A stretch of 64,000 bases of DNA from Thermodesulfobacteriota bacterium (GTDB taxonomy: Bacteria > Desulfobacterota_D > UBA1144 > Nemesobacterales > UBA2774): the NCBI GenBank assembly GCA_965216785.1, contig OZ244197.1, positions 672,001 to 736,000 on the forward strand. Reading direction: 5' to 3'. Below are positions 51,901 to 60,409 of this stretch, in pieces. A model generated the notes under the pieces. It ran no database searches and had not been told where the DNA came from. It was given only the letters and a program-made list of their open reading frames with translations. The stretch's first letter is position 1. Each line of letters opens with the position of its first letter. Made by a program: the position numbers and the translations under genes.

Positions 51901-52722
51901 ATGGCAGAGATAAAAAGTAATTTTGCACCAATCGGAGAAAAAGAGGTAACAAAGGCCATAGTCGAGGGCTTTGCAGACGAATTCACAGAATACATTTCAA
52001 GCGATGTGATCGTTGTAGGGGCTGGACCGAGCGGTCTTGTAGCGGCAAAGGATATAGCAAAAAAGAAATACAAAGTACTTTTGGTTGAGAGAATGAACTA
52101 TCTCGGCGGCGGTTTTTGGATAGGCGGATATCTGATGAACAAGGTCACGGTTAGAGATCCCGGACACGAAGTGCTGGACGAGATCGAAGTGCCGTATGAG
52201 GAAGTCGAAAAAGGGCTTTATGTAGCCGACGGACCTTACGCATGCTCAAAGCTCATAGCGATGACATGCGAGGCAGGGGCTAAGATTAGAAACATGACTA
52301 TGTTCGATGACCTGGTTTATAGGGAAAACGGAAGAGTTGCGGGAATAGTTATAAACTGGACGCCTATTGCGAATATGCCAAAAGAGATCACTTGTCTTGA
52401 CCCGATCGCGATTGAGTCAAAGCTCGTGATCGACGCTACCGGGCACGACGCGTATTGTGTCAACAGACTGTCCCAGCAGGGACTCTATAAAAAACTTCCG
52501 GGCCACGGCTCCATGTGGGTCGAGAAATCAGAGCAGGCGCTCGTAGAGTATACGGGGCTTGTACACCCGGGGCTTATCGCTTGCGGTATGTCTGTTAATA
52601 CAACATACGGACTCCCGAGAATGGGACCTACGTTCGGCGGTATGCTGCTTTCAGGAAAGAAAGCCGCACAGGTGGCAATAGACGTACTCGAAGGAAAGGA
52701 ACAAGAACAAGCAAGAGCGTAA
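51901..52722 (+). CDS. thi4: Thiazole synthase Thi4 (adenosine diphosphate thiazole synthase)
   Basis: VGAGPSGL, GGGFWIGG, TCLDP, DATGHD, PRMGPTFGGMLLSG. Confidence 0.93.
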   Translation: MAEIKSNFAPIGEKEVTKAIVEGFADEFTEYISSDVIVVGAGPSGLVAAKDIAKKKYKVLLVERMNYLGGGFWIGGYLMNKVTVRDPGHEVLDEIEVPYEEVEKGLYVADGPYACSKLIAMTCEAGAKIRNMTMFDDLVYRENGRVAGIVINWTPIANMPKEITCLDPIAIESKLVIDATGHDAYCVNRLSQQGLYKKLPGHGSMWVEKSEQALVEYTGLVHPGLIACGMSVNTTYGLPRMGPTFGGMLLSGKKAAQVAIDVLEGKEQEQARA

Positions 52723-52740
52723 ACACAAAACTACAATACC

Positions 52741-52775
52741 GGGAGGCTCAAATAGCATGGGCCTCCCCTTTTTTC
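52741..52775 (+). terminator. Intrinsic terminator after thi4
   Basis: gggaggctca ... tgggcctccc followed by a T-tract. Confidence 0.8.
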
Positions 52776-53558
52776 TTACCCGTTAATCAATTTCAGACAT
52801 AGATCACAAGGCTTTCCCTGATACTGTACTGTCAGCACTTCCTCCTGCCAGTGTGAGTTATAAAGGCAGCACTCCTTATTATCACAAAAAGCTTTTCCGC
52901 TTATATGGTAGAAGAGGGCTTGAAGCGCGTATGAATATAGTATGGAGGAGATTTTAGGGTCGTCGTATTCTACAAATCTTCCCCTGTACATTTCATCTAG
53001 CACACCCACGTCCTTACCGCTTTGAACCAAGCCGCCTTTTATAAAGTAATATTCCCTGGGCTTTGCCGGAGCCTCGACCAGTCCCGAAGTGGATATCAAG
53101 GAGGGAACCCCGGTGAGCACTACTCGCGCGTGATATCTTCTGTCTTCAAAAGTCCCGAATAACCTTGAGGTGAATATGAGGTGTAGATAATCGTCCCCTG
53201 ATTCAAGAGAGACTTTCTCACTCATCGCTCTATGAAATATCCTCTGAAGCCAATATCCGTCGTAAAGTACACCCTTAGGATCTTCTTTACCTAACAGTCT
53301 ATTCATTTCGGAATTTACTTGGGTACTGTTCGGGACGAGAAGATTGACTAGATCCGACGATATATCATCTACCACAGCGCCTGAGAGTTTTTCAGCAATA
53401 GCTCTGATGCTATCATTGGATAGTCCGAGAAAATCGATGACGTTACCGCAGTCCTCTGTTTGAAATCCGTAACTTGCAAGATTGTCATGTATATGAGAGA
53501 TATCGAGCGATTCTGACGGGTAGTCAGAATAAATATAGATTTTTATTTGACGGCTCAT
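52776..53558 (-). CDS. DUF6775/DUF7001-like putative metallopeptidase-fold protein
   Basis: RYHAR, STSGLVEAPAKPREYY, C-terminal CDNKECC...HWQEE...CDLC. Confidence 0.7.
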   Translation of the reverse strand: MSRQIKIYIYSDYPSESLDISHIHDNLASYGFQTEDCGNVIDFLGLSNDSIRAIAEKLSGAVVDDISSDLVNLLVPNSTQVNSEMNRLLGKEDPKGVLYDGYWLQRIFHRAMSEKVSLESGDDYLHLIFTSRLFGTFEDRRYHARVVLTGVPSLISTSGLVEAPAKPREYYFIKGGLVQSGKDVGVLDEMYRGRFVEYDDPKISSILYSYALQALFYHISGKAFCDNKECCLYNSHWQEEVLTVQYQGKPCDLCLKLING

Positions 53559-53593
53559 GTAATGTGTATGGGTGGTGCAGGTAGTGTAAAGAT

Positions 53594-54067
53594 TTAACCT
53601 GAAATTTGAGCTATAACTTCTATTTCAACAGGCGCGTCAAGGGGAAGCTCCGAAACGCCTACTGCAACACGCGCATGGCGTCCAGCCTCACCGAAAACCT
53701 GAAAAAAAAGCTCAGACGCCCCGTTCATAATATTAGCCTGTTGGTTAAACCCCGGAGCGCTTGCTACATATCCTGTGATTTTTACGATCCTCTCGATCCG
53801 GTCTAGGTCTCCAAGCTCATTCTTCAGTACGGCGACAGCGTTCACAGAGGCTCGCCGCGCTGCTTCCATGCCCTGCTCTAAGGATATTTCAGATCCTACT
53901 TTCCCCTTTAGAGTCAGCTCCCCACTAACCATGGGGAGCTGGCCGGATATATAGATCAAGTGTCCTGTAATAACCGCAGGCACATACGCGCCCAGCGGTG
54001 TTTGAACCTGTGGGATATCAATCCCAAGCTCTTTTAATCGGTCCTCAGCCTTAATTGTCATCGGCAT
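53594..54067 (-). CDS. RidA/YjgF family protein
   Basis: YVPAV, ISGQLP, NGASEL, GRHARVAVGV, PVEIE. Start may be 54061. Confidence 0.9.
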   Translation of the reverse strand: MPMTIKAEDRLKELGIDIPQVQTPLGAYVPAVITGHLIYISGQLPMVSGELTLKGKVGSEISLEQGMEAARRASVNAVAVLKNELGDLDRIERIVKITGYVASAPGFNQQANIMNGASELFFQVFGEAGRHARVAVGVSELPLDAPVEIEVIAQISG

Positions 54068-55478
54068 CCGCTTTTAGTGCTACGTAGATAGTGTTGGATC
54101 CGCGCTGAATTAAAAAGAGCACGTTTTGCCCGGGATCTGTGGAGTCCATTGTATTTCTGTAATTATCAAGATTAGCTATTCGGTTCTTGTTTATCTCAAG
54201 TATCACATCTCCTGCTCTGAGCCCGGCAACTGCCGCCGCGCTCCCATTCTGTACATCCGTAATAATCACGCCCATGGAATGCTCAACGCCAAAGCGCTTC
54301 TTCACACGAGGGGTAATCTCTTGAACTATAAGACCCAGATTCTGCTCAACCGCCTTCCCGGGAGTACGCCTTGAGCTCTGAGCGACCTCGTCCGGAAGCT
54401 CACCGAGCTTTATCTTCAGAGTCTTCTCTTTTCCGCCTCTTATTACCTTTACCTTAGTTTTAGTGCCCGGCGCGTAAGAAGCCACGGTTTTGGGCAGATC
54501 GGGCATTTCTTCTATCGTCGTCCCGTTGAATTCGACTATTACGTCTCCTCTCTTCAAACCCGCCTTGTCTGCCGGGCCATCGGGACTGACGTCTGCTACA
54601 AGAGCACCCTTCTCACCATTTAAATTGAGCCCCTCGGATATCTCGGGTGTAACCTCCTGTACGTACACGCCGATCCATCCCCTGACTACTTTGCCTGAGT
54701 TGCGGAGCTGCGCTACCACGTCCTTTGCCATATTGATTGGTATGGCAAAACCGATCCCCTGCCCTCCCGCTATAATAGCGGTATTAACACCGATTACCTC
54801 ACCGTCGAAATTAAAAAGAGGCCCGCCGCTATTGCCGGGGTTAATTGCAGCGTCCGTCTGCAGGAAATCGTCATATGAGCCGAGCCCCAGTGATCTACCC
54901 TTGGCGCTTATTATTCCCGCTGTTACCGTGTGCCCGAGACCAAAGGGGTTTCCAATGGCTAAAACCCAGTCACCTATCTCAAGCCCCTGAGAGTTTCCGA
55001 ACTTCACAGCCGGCAGCTTAGTTTTGGGCTCAATTTTGAGCAGCGCTAAATCTGTTTTAGGATCTGTTCCTATTACCTCTGCCTGATAACTGTCTCCGTC
55101 TTGCATTATTACCTTTATATCAGTTGCTCTTTCCACTACATGGTTATTTGTAATGATGTAGCCGTCTTCACTAAATATGAAACCCGAGCCGAGGCCCTTT
55201 CTCTTAAATTCCTGCTCAGGTGCGTCGCCGAAGTAACGCTTAAAAAAGTCTTGAAACGGGTCTCCCTGCTCATCTCCGCCGAAAGGAGATTGATATGAGA
55301 AGCTTCTTCCTTTACTAACGCTAGTGGTACTGATGTTTACAACCGAAGGACTGAGCTTTTTAACAAGTGGCGAAAGGGATTGATACTCACCGCTCTGGGC
55401 TAAAGCCTCCATTTGAGCTCCTGAAAAACCTACAAATAACACCGTGATTAATATGAGAATTCTTGCCAATTTCGGCAT
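54051..55478 (-). CDS. Periplasmic serine protease DegP/DegQ (HtrA, two PDZ domains)
   Basis: TNNHVV, DLAL, QTDAAINPGNSGGP, two PDZ-like domains. Confidence 0.95.
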   Translation of the reverse strand: MPKLARILILITVLFVGFSGAQMEALAQSGEYQSLSPLVKKLSPSVVNISTTSVSKGRSFSYQSPFGGDEQGDPFQDFFKRYFGDAPEQEFKRKGLGSGFIFSEDGYIITNNHVVERATDIKVIMQDGDSYQAEVIGTDPKTDLALLKIEPKTKLPAVKFGNSQGLEIGDWVLAIGNPFGLGHTVTAGIISAKGRSLGLGSYDDFLQTDAAINPGNSGGPLFNFDGEVIGVNTAIIAGGQGIGFAIPINMAKDVVAQLRNSGKVVRGWIGVYVQEVTPEISEGLNLNGEKGALVADVSPDGPADKAGLKRGDVIVEFNGTTIEEMPDLPKTVASYAPGTKTKVKVIRGGKEKTLKIKLGELPDEVAQSSRRTPGKAVEQNLGLIVQEITPRVKKRFGVEHSMGVIITDVQNGSAAAVAGLRAGDVILEINKNRIANLDNYRNTMDSTDPGQNVLFLIQRGSNTIYVALKADADDN

Positions 55479-55694
55479 GGCTATAATACCTCCGACATAT
55501 ATTATTATTGATTAATTTATAGTGGTTAAATTAACTACCGCTCCCATCATATATAAATAATCTATATGCTCGCGCACACGTATCTATAAAAAATGTATGA
55601 ATAAAATTATAACTGATGATTCCCTATCTTGAAGAAAATATTCACACCGAGAATTGAACGGGATGGGGCCTGTGTTATGCGGATATTAGAAGAA

Positions 55695-56885
55695 CTATAT
55701 GGGTTCCTTAAGCATGCTGTCCCAATAGTTGAAATGAATTTTTTGTGAATATAGCTTGAGTATGAGGTTTCTAAAAGAAGAAACAAGCTTATTGTCTGCA
55801 TAGGCGAATTTGCCCATCATGCGAGACTGGTTTTGTATTTTATCTACCCGTGAGCGTCTCCTAGTCATGTGCGCCTCAAGAGTATGACTTATGTATTTTG
55901 AATCGGCCCTGCATAGCTCATCCGCCATGACAGCCGCTGATTCCATGGCCATCGTTACCCCGCCGCCTGCAGTGGGAAGAACAGCGTGTGCTGAATCCCC
56001 TATGAGCGCGACTCTCCCGTTATACCACTTGTCCATCTGGAGATCGTAATAATCACTATGATATATGGTAGTTGGGTCATCTAAATAGGAAAGTATCTCT
56101 GGTACTATTCCGTTAAAATCCTTAAAGTTCTCCCGTATTCTGTCAATTCTCCCCTCAAGTGGGTCGGGAATACCTTCAGGGCTTCTGATGCTGGTGAATA
56201 CGGACAGGCGGCCTTTTGTGGGCCATATGCCTAGGAACTTGCCCGTTCCCCAGTACTCGGCAATCTGATTGGTATCTAAAATCCCGGATTTAACCCAAAA
56301 GTTCCATCCCGTCATACCGCCGAAGGTCGGCTTAACTTCCCCGAATATTTGTCTCCTGGTCTCAGAATTTACTCCATCACAACCGAGCACGAGGTCATAT
56401 GTCTGCTCTGTTCCGTCGCTGAACGTAACAAATACCTCATCGTTTGTCTGATTAATATTCTGAACATGTGTATCCATAAGAATATATTCAGGATCGACCG
56501 CTTTTCTAAGAACGTTTATGAGCTCGGGCCTGTAAATGCTTATCATAGGACCGTACTTTTCTGTTACAGGAAGTACCGAATAGGAATGGAGCATTTCTCC
56601 GCTATCGTTCCACACATTGTATTTTGTGAACGGAAGCCCCGCTTCAAGTAATTCCTCATAGATACCTAAGCCCTTTAAGATGCGGCTTCCGGCTGGCCAG
56701 AGTACAATGATATAACCAACGTTGCCGTACTCGGGAATACGCTCTACAAGCGTAGGTTTGAACCCTCTCTGCTGTAGCAGTCCCGCAAGAGTTAGTCCTG
56801 CTATACCTCCGCCTACTATGAGGATGCGCATATCTGTGCCGTATCTGACTGGCAGGCTGTATTTTTCGGTATCTACCATGCTCAT
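55695..56885 (-). CDS. FAD-dependent monooxygenase
   Basis: GGGIAGL, GCDGVNS, LIGDSAH. Confidence 0.88.
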   Translation of the reverse strand: MSMVDTEKYSLPVRYGTDMRILIVGGGIAGLTLAGLLQQRGFKPTLVERIPEYGNVGYIIVLWPAGSRILKGLGIYEELLEAGLPFTKYNVWNDSGEMLHSYSVLPVTEKYGPMISIYRPELINVLRKAVDPEYILMDTHVQNINQTNDEVFVTFSDGTEQTYDLVLGCDGVNSETRRQIFGEVKPTFGGMTGWNFWVKSGILDTNQIAEYWGTGKFLGIWPTKGRLSVFTSIRSPEGIPDPLEGRIDRIRENFKDFNGIVPEILSYLDDPTTIYHSDYYDLQMDKWYNGRVALIGDSAHAVLPTAGGGVTMAMESAAVMADELCRADSKYISHTLEAHMTRRRSRVDKIQNQSRMMGKFAYADNKLVSSFRNLILKLYSQKIHFNYWDSMLKEPI

Positions 56886-57020
56886 TATTCTATCCGCCTA
56901 TTATTAAATTCATATGAATAAATTGCAACTTTTACTACACCTATGAATATATACATAAATCAGGATTTTTAAAGGCTTTTATTTTCTGAGTATTGATAAA
57001 AATGAGGATACATACCGGCT

Positions 57021-57458
57021 CTAATATTGTGGAATTTCATTTTCTGAAGCCATACAGATTTCAAGCTCGAGCCCGTCTGGATCTAAAAAGTGGTAAGCTG
57101 TGATTTTCCCGCTCTCGTCCTTCTTTTCTTCAATAAATCTGATCCCCTTTTCTTTTAATAGCCTGCTTGATTTCTCCAGATCCCCGACTAAAAAAGCTAG
57201 ATGGTTCACACCCTCAACATATGCCGCGCCGCGTGCCGCGCGATTCTTATCCTCTGTCAACGCTATCAGCACTTGCTTCTTAGTTCCGAGGAAAGATTTT
57301 TTCTGCTCCCCGCTCTCTCGTCCGTCAAGTATAACGTCTAGTCCAAGCACATCTGAATAGAACTCAATCGCTCTGTCTATATCGCTCACGACAATTGCGG
57401 CGTGGTCTATTTGTTTAATCAAGCCGTCCTTGCCTATAAGTTTTCTAAGCCATTCCAT
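57021..57458 (-). CDS. VOC/glyoxalase family protein
   Basis: IDHAAIVV, FYSDVLG, NHLAF, DPDGLELE. Confidence 0.88.
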   Translation of the reverse strand: MEWLRKLIGKDGLIKQIDHAAIVVSDIDRAIEFYSDVLGLDVILDGRESGEQKKSFLGTKKQVLIALTEDKNRAARGAAYVEGVNHLAFLVGDLEKSSRLLKEKGIRFIEEKKDESGKITAYHFLDPDGLELEICMASENEIPQY

Positions 57459-57508
57459 TCTGAGCTCTACCCCTGAACATAATGAAAAAAAGTATATCAA
57501 CTGAGACA

Positions 57509-58735
57509 CTATATCATATTGAATTTACCCAGGATAACCCAGCTGGCCACAGCAATAACAAGTAATACGACAAAAGAGGTAATCCAGTAGCTCCCGACCA
57601 GAGAGCGCAGGAGACCCTCTCTAACCTTGACTAACTTTGTATACGTCTCATATTCGGTACTGGCCTGATCGTAAACTGGCTCTTCAATATCAACTATCAC
57701 AGATAAAAGCAGGGGTTGGTACCCCGCTTTTACAGGTGTCACATACCACTGCCATTTTATATCCTCAACCGGTGCAACGGACTCGGACCTGGCGCCGTGG
57801 TCATCGGGAAAGAGCTCTCGTGAGTTAAACGATTCCTCAACCGGCTGTACTTCAAAGCCGTTTCCCGTAAGTAGTACCAGCATGTCCTGGCTCAGTTTCA
57901 GTTTATCTGCCTGGGGTTGATCATTGAGAGCGGATGTAAGCCCGTCTATAAAGCTTTTGCTCACCAGAGCTTCGACGAGGTATGTACCCTGGAGCAGCAT
58001 GCTCCTGGGCGGTTCAAAAATGATCTCCCCAGGAGCGCTCTGATTAATTTCGCTTCCGATCAATTTAAGCAGAGAGGGCGGCGGCGTGGGTGGAGGAGGC
58101 TTTGGGGTTGCTACGGGCAGGGGAGCCTCTGCCGCGGTTAATTCTGAATCAGCTTCATCCGTGTCAGTAGCCCCTTCATCTGTCTCTTCCCCAAGAGGTT
58201 CTTGTATAGCAGTCTCAGTAGTGAAGGTCTCTTCAGACGTTTCTTCCTCGACTACAGGCTCGTGTGCAATAACGACCGGAATGTTGTATATGAGCCGCAC
58301 TCTTCTGTTACTGGCAAGGGCTTCCCGGGTCTCGCCCGATGCAAAGCGGTCGGTACCTCCCTTGGGCACTATGCTCAAGTTTTCCGATGGGACGCCCAGA
58401 CTGATTAAGTAGTCCTTTACGGACTGAGCCCTTTGCCCTGAGAGGGCAAAATTGTAATCATCGCTGCCCGTTGAGTCGGAGTAACCTTCAAGAGTAGCTA
58501 CTATCTCAGGATTACTTATTAAAGAATCCGCATGTTGGTTCAACCCATCTTTGGTTTCGGAGCTGATATCATTATTATCCGCCTCGAACAAAACGTCGAA
58601 TATAACTTGCTCAGTTTGTACATCCCCGCTTTGGGTTTGCGCCCAGGTAATTCCATATCCGGATGTTAAGAAGATATAACAAACCACGAGGGATATGACG
58701 ATACTTATGTTTAATATTTTTGAAGCTTTATTCAT
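57509..58735 (-). CDS. OmpA-like peptidoglycan-binding domain protein with C-terminal TM anchor
   Basis: EGYSDSTG, NFALSGQRAQSV, NRRV; Pro-rich linker; C-terminal hydrophobic helix. Confidence 0.85.
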   Translation of the reverse strand: MNKASKILNISIVISLVVCYIFLTSGYGITWAQTQSGDVQTEQVIFDVLFEADNNDISSETKDGLNQHADSLISNPEIVATLEGYSDSTGSDDYNFALSGQRAQSVKDYLISLGVPSENLSIVPKGGTDRFASGETREALASNRRVRLIYNIPVVIAHEPVVEEETSEETFTTETAIQEPLGEETDEGATDTDEADSELTAAEAPLPVATPKPPPPTPPPSLLKLIGSEINQSAPGEIIFEPPRSMLLQGTYLVEALVSKSFIDGLTSALNDQPQADKLKLSQDMLVLLTGNGFEVQPVEESFNSRELFPDDHGARSESVAPVEDIKWQWYVTPVKAGYQPLLLSVIVDIEEPVYDQASTEYETYTKLVKVREGLLRSLVGSYWITSFVVLLVIAVASWVILGKFNMI

Positions 58736-58861
58736 TCTGCGATCAATGACCCGGTAGCCGGAATAGTAAATATGCTACTCAGAAATTTACCCTATGTGCT
58801 GTGCAATCTAAACCGTCAATTATTTACTTACACTCCGCTGTAGGTGCTATACTAATTTATG

Positions 58862-58879
58862 TTAGCGCTCAAGTGCTAA
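58862..58879. promoter_or_regulatory. Palindromic operator-like site upstream of GNAT-clpS-clpA
   Basis: TTAGCGCTC-AAGTGCTAA just downstream of extended -10 TGcTATACT (58845-58853). Confidence 0.5.
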
Positions 58880-58906
58880 TATAACTCACATATAGCCGGG
58901 TTAATA

Positions 58907-60061
58907 ATGGATAAAGATATTCAGATAAAAGTTCATAATTCAATTTCGGGTATAGATAGAGAGCAGTATAACGCTATTGTGGACTCACAAAACCCCTTCC
59001 TTGAATATGAGTTTTTAGAGGCTCTCGAGAAATCTGGCTGCGTTGGGGAGGGAACTACCTGGAACCCCCGCTATATAGTACTAGAAGACGGGGGCAGGAT
59101 AGTAGGCGCCCTCACTTCGTATGTAAGACTCGACTCTTACGGTGAGTATATATTTGACTGGGAATGGGCGCGCGCTTTTGAGAGCTCGGGACTGAGCTAT
59201 TATCCGAAGATGGTTGTGGCAATCCCCTTTACCCCCGCAACAGGGGTCCGGATACTGGTGCATCCTGAGTATCTGTTTGAGGATTGCGCGGAATATCTGG
59301 TAAAACGCCTGATTGATGTTTCAATTGAGGAAAACTGCTCATCGATACACTTCTTGTTTTTAACCGATAAGGAAAAAGACTTCCTTCACAATATGGGATT
59401 TATGACCAGAAAGACCCACCAGTACCACTGGAAGAACAATGGGTATAAGAGTTTTGACGATTTTCTCTGCGATATGCGCTCGGGCAGAAAGAAACAGATA
59501 AGGAAAGAAAGAAAGTATTTAGAAGAGTCCGGGCTTGAGATAAAGATCGTTGAAAAAGACGAGATCAGTGATGAGCATATGGACGCGATATGGGAGTTTT
59601 ATATGGACACCCACTCAAGAAAGTGGGGAAGCGCTTATTTAAACAGAGAGTTCTTTGATTTGATGTACAAGAATTTCCGTCACCGTATTGTCCTTGTAAT
59701 GGCAAAAGACAGGGATGTTTGGGTGGGCGGTACATTCAATATAGTAAAGAGTGAGAGTCTTTTCGGGCGGTATTGGGGAGCTTTATACAACTATAAGAAT
59801 CTCCATTTTGAATGTTGTTTCTACAAATTAATAGATTATTCTATAGATAGGGACGTTCAAGTATTTGAAGCCGGGGCTCAGGGTGAGCATAAATTTTTAA
59901 GGGGTTTTGGAGCGGTGCCCACGTATAGCTCACACTATATATTTCACAGGGGAGCCTCTACTGCGATCGAGGATTATTTAAGGGGAGAAACAGAGTATAC
60001 GGATAACCTGATCAGACAATATAACAGGCAGTCGCCGCTCAAGTATTTATACGGAAAGTAA
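58907..60061 (+). CDS. FemAB-like GNAT protein (DUF482 type)
   Basis: SYGEYIFDWEWA, YYPK...PFTPATG, RKQIRKER, LFGRYWG, LHFECCFY, EAGAQGEHKFLRGF. Confidence 0.88.
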   Translation: MDKDIQIKVHNSISGIDREQYNAIVDSQNPFLEYEFLEALEKSGCVGEGTTWNPRYIVLEDGGRIVGALTSYVRLDSYGEYIFDWEWARAFESSGLSYYPKMVVAIPFTPATGVRILVHPEYLFEDCAEYLVKRLIDVSIEENCSSIHFLFLTDKEKDFLHNMGFMTRKTHQYHWKNNGYKSFDDFLCDMRSGRKKQIRKERKYLEESGLEIKIVEKDEISDEHMDAIWEFYMDTHSRKWGSAYLNREFFDLMYKNFRHRIVLVMAKDRDVWVGGTFNIVKSESLFGRYWGALYNYKNLHFECCFYKLIDYSIDRDVQVFEAGAQGEHKFLRGFGAVPTYSSHYIFHRGASTAIEDYLRGETEYTDNLIRQYNRQSPLKYLYGK

Positions 60062-60067
60062 TAGAGA

Positions 60068-60409
60068 ATGGAAGACGGAAAAATTAGACCTGAAGACCTG
60101 GAAGGAAGCCTTCTTACCGAGGAAAGGCACAAGGTAAAGAAGCCCGATATGTACAGGGTCGTACTTCTAAACGACGACTATACGCCCCGGGATTTCGTGG
60201 TTTGGATACTGGTAAGAGTATTTTACAAAACCCAGCAGGAATCGACCAGGATCATGCTGGAAGCCCATACGACGGGGAAAAGTAGCGTGGGTGTGTATAC
60301 TTATGATGAAGCGACAACGAAAATTGAGCAGGTAGACAAAATAGCAAAACAGTACGAGCACCCGCTCCAATGTGTGCTGGAAGTGGAGAGCGGCGGTGAG
60401 GAAGAATGA
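60068..60409 (+). CDS. clpS: ATP-dependent Clp protease adaptor ClpS
   Basis: YRVVLLNDDYTP, MLEAH, HPLQC. Confidence 0.95.
   Translation: MEDGKIRPEDLEGSLLTEERHKVKKPDMYRVVLLNDDYTPRDFVVWILVRVFYKTQQESTRIMLEAHTTGKSSVGVYTYDEATTKIEQVDKIAKQYEHPLQCVLEVESGGEEE

Noticed and set aside
58862-58879. Canonical CIRCE element
   Set aside because: The 9-nt spacer is absent; kept only as a CIRCE-like palindrome
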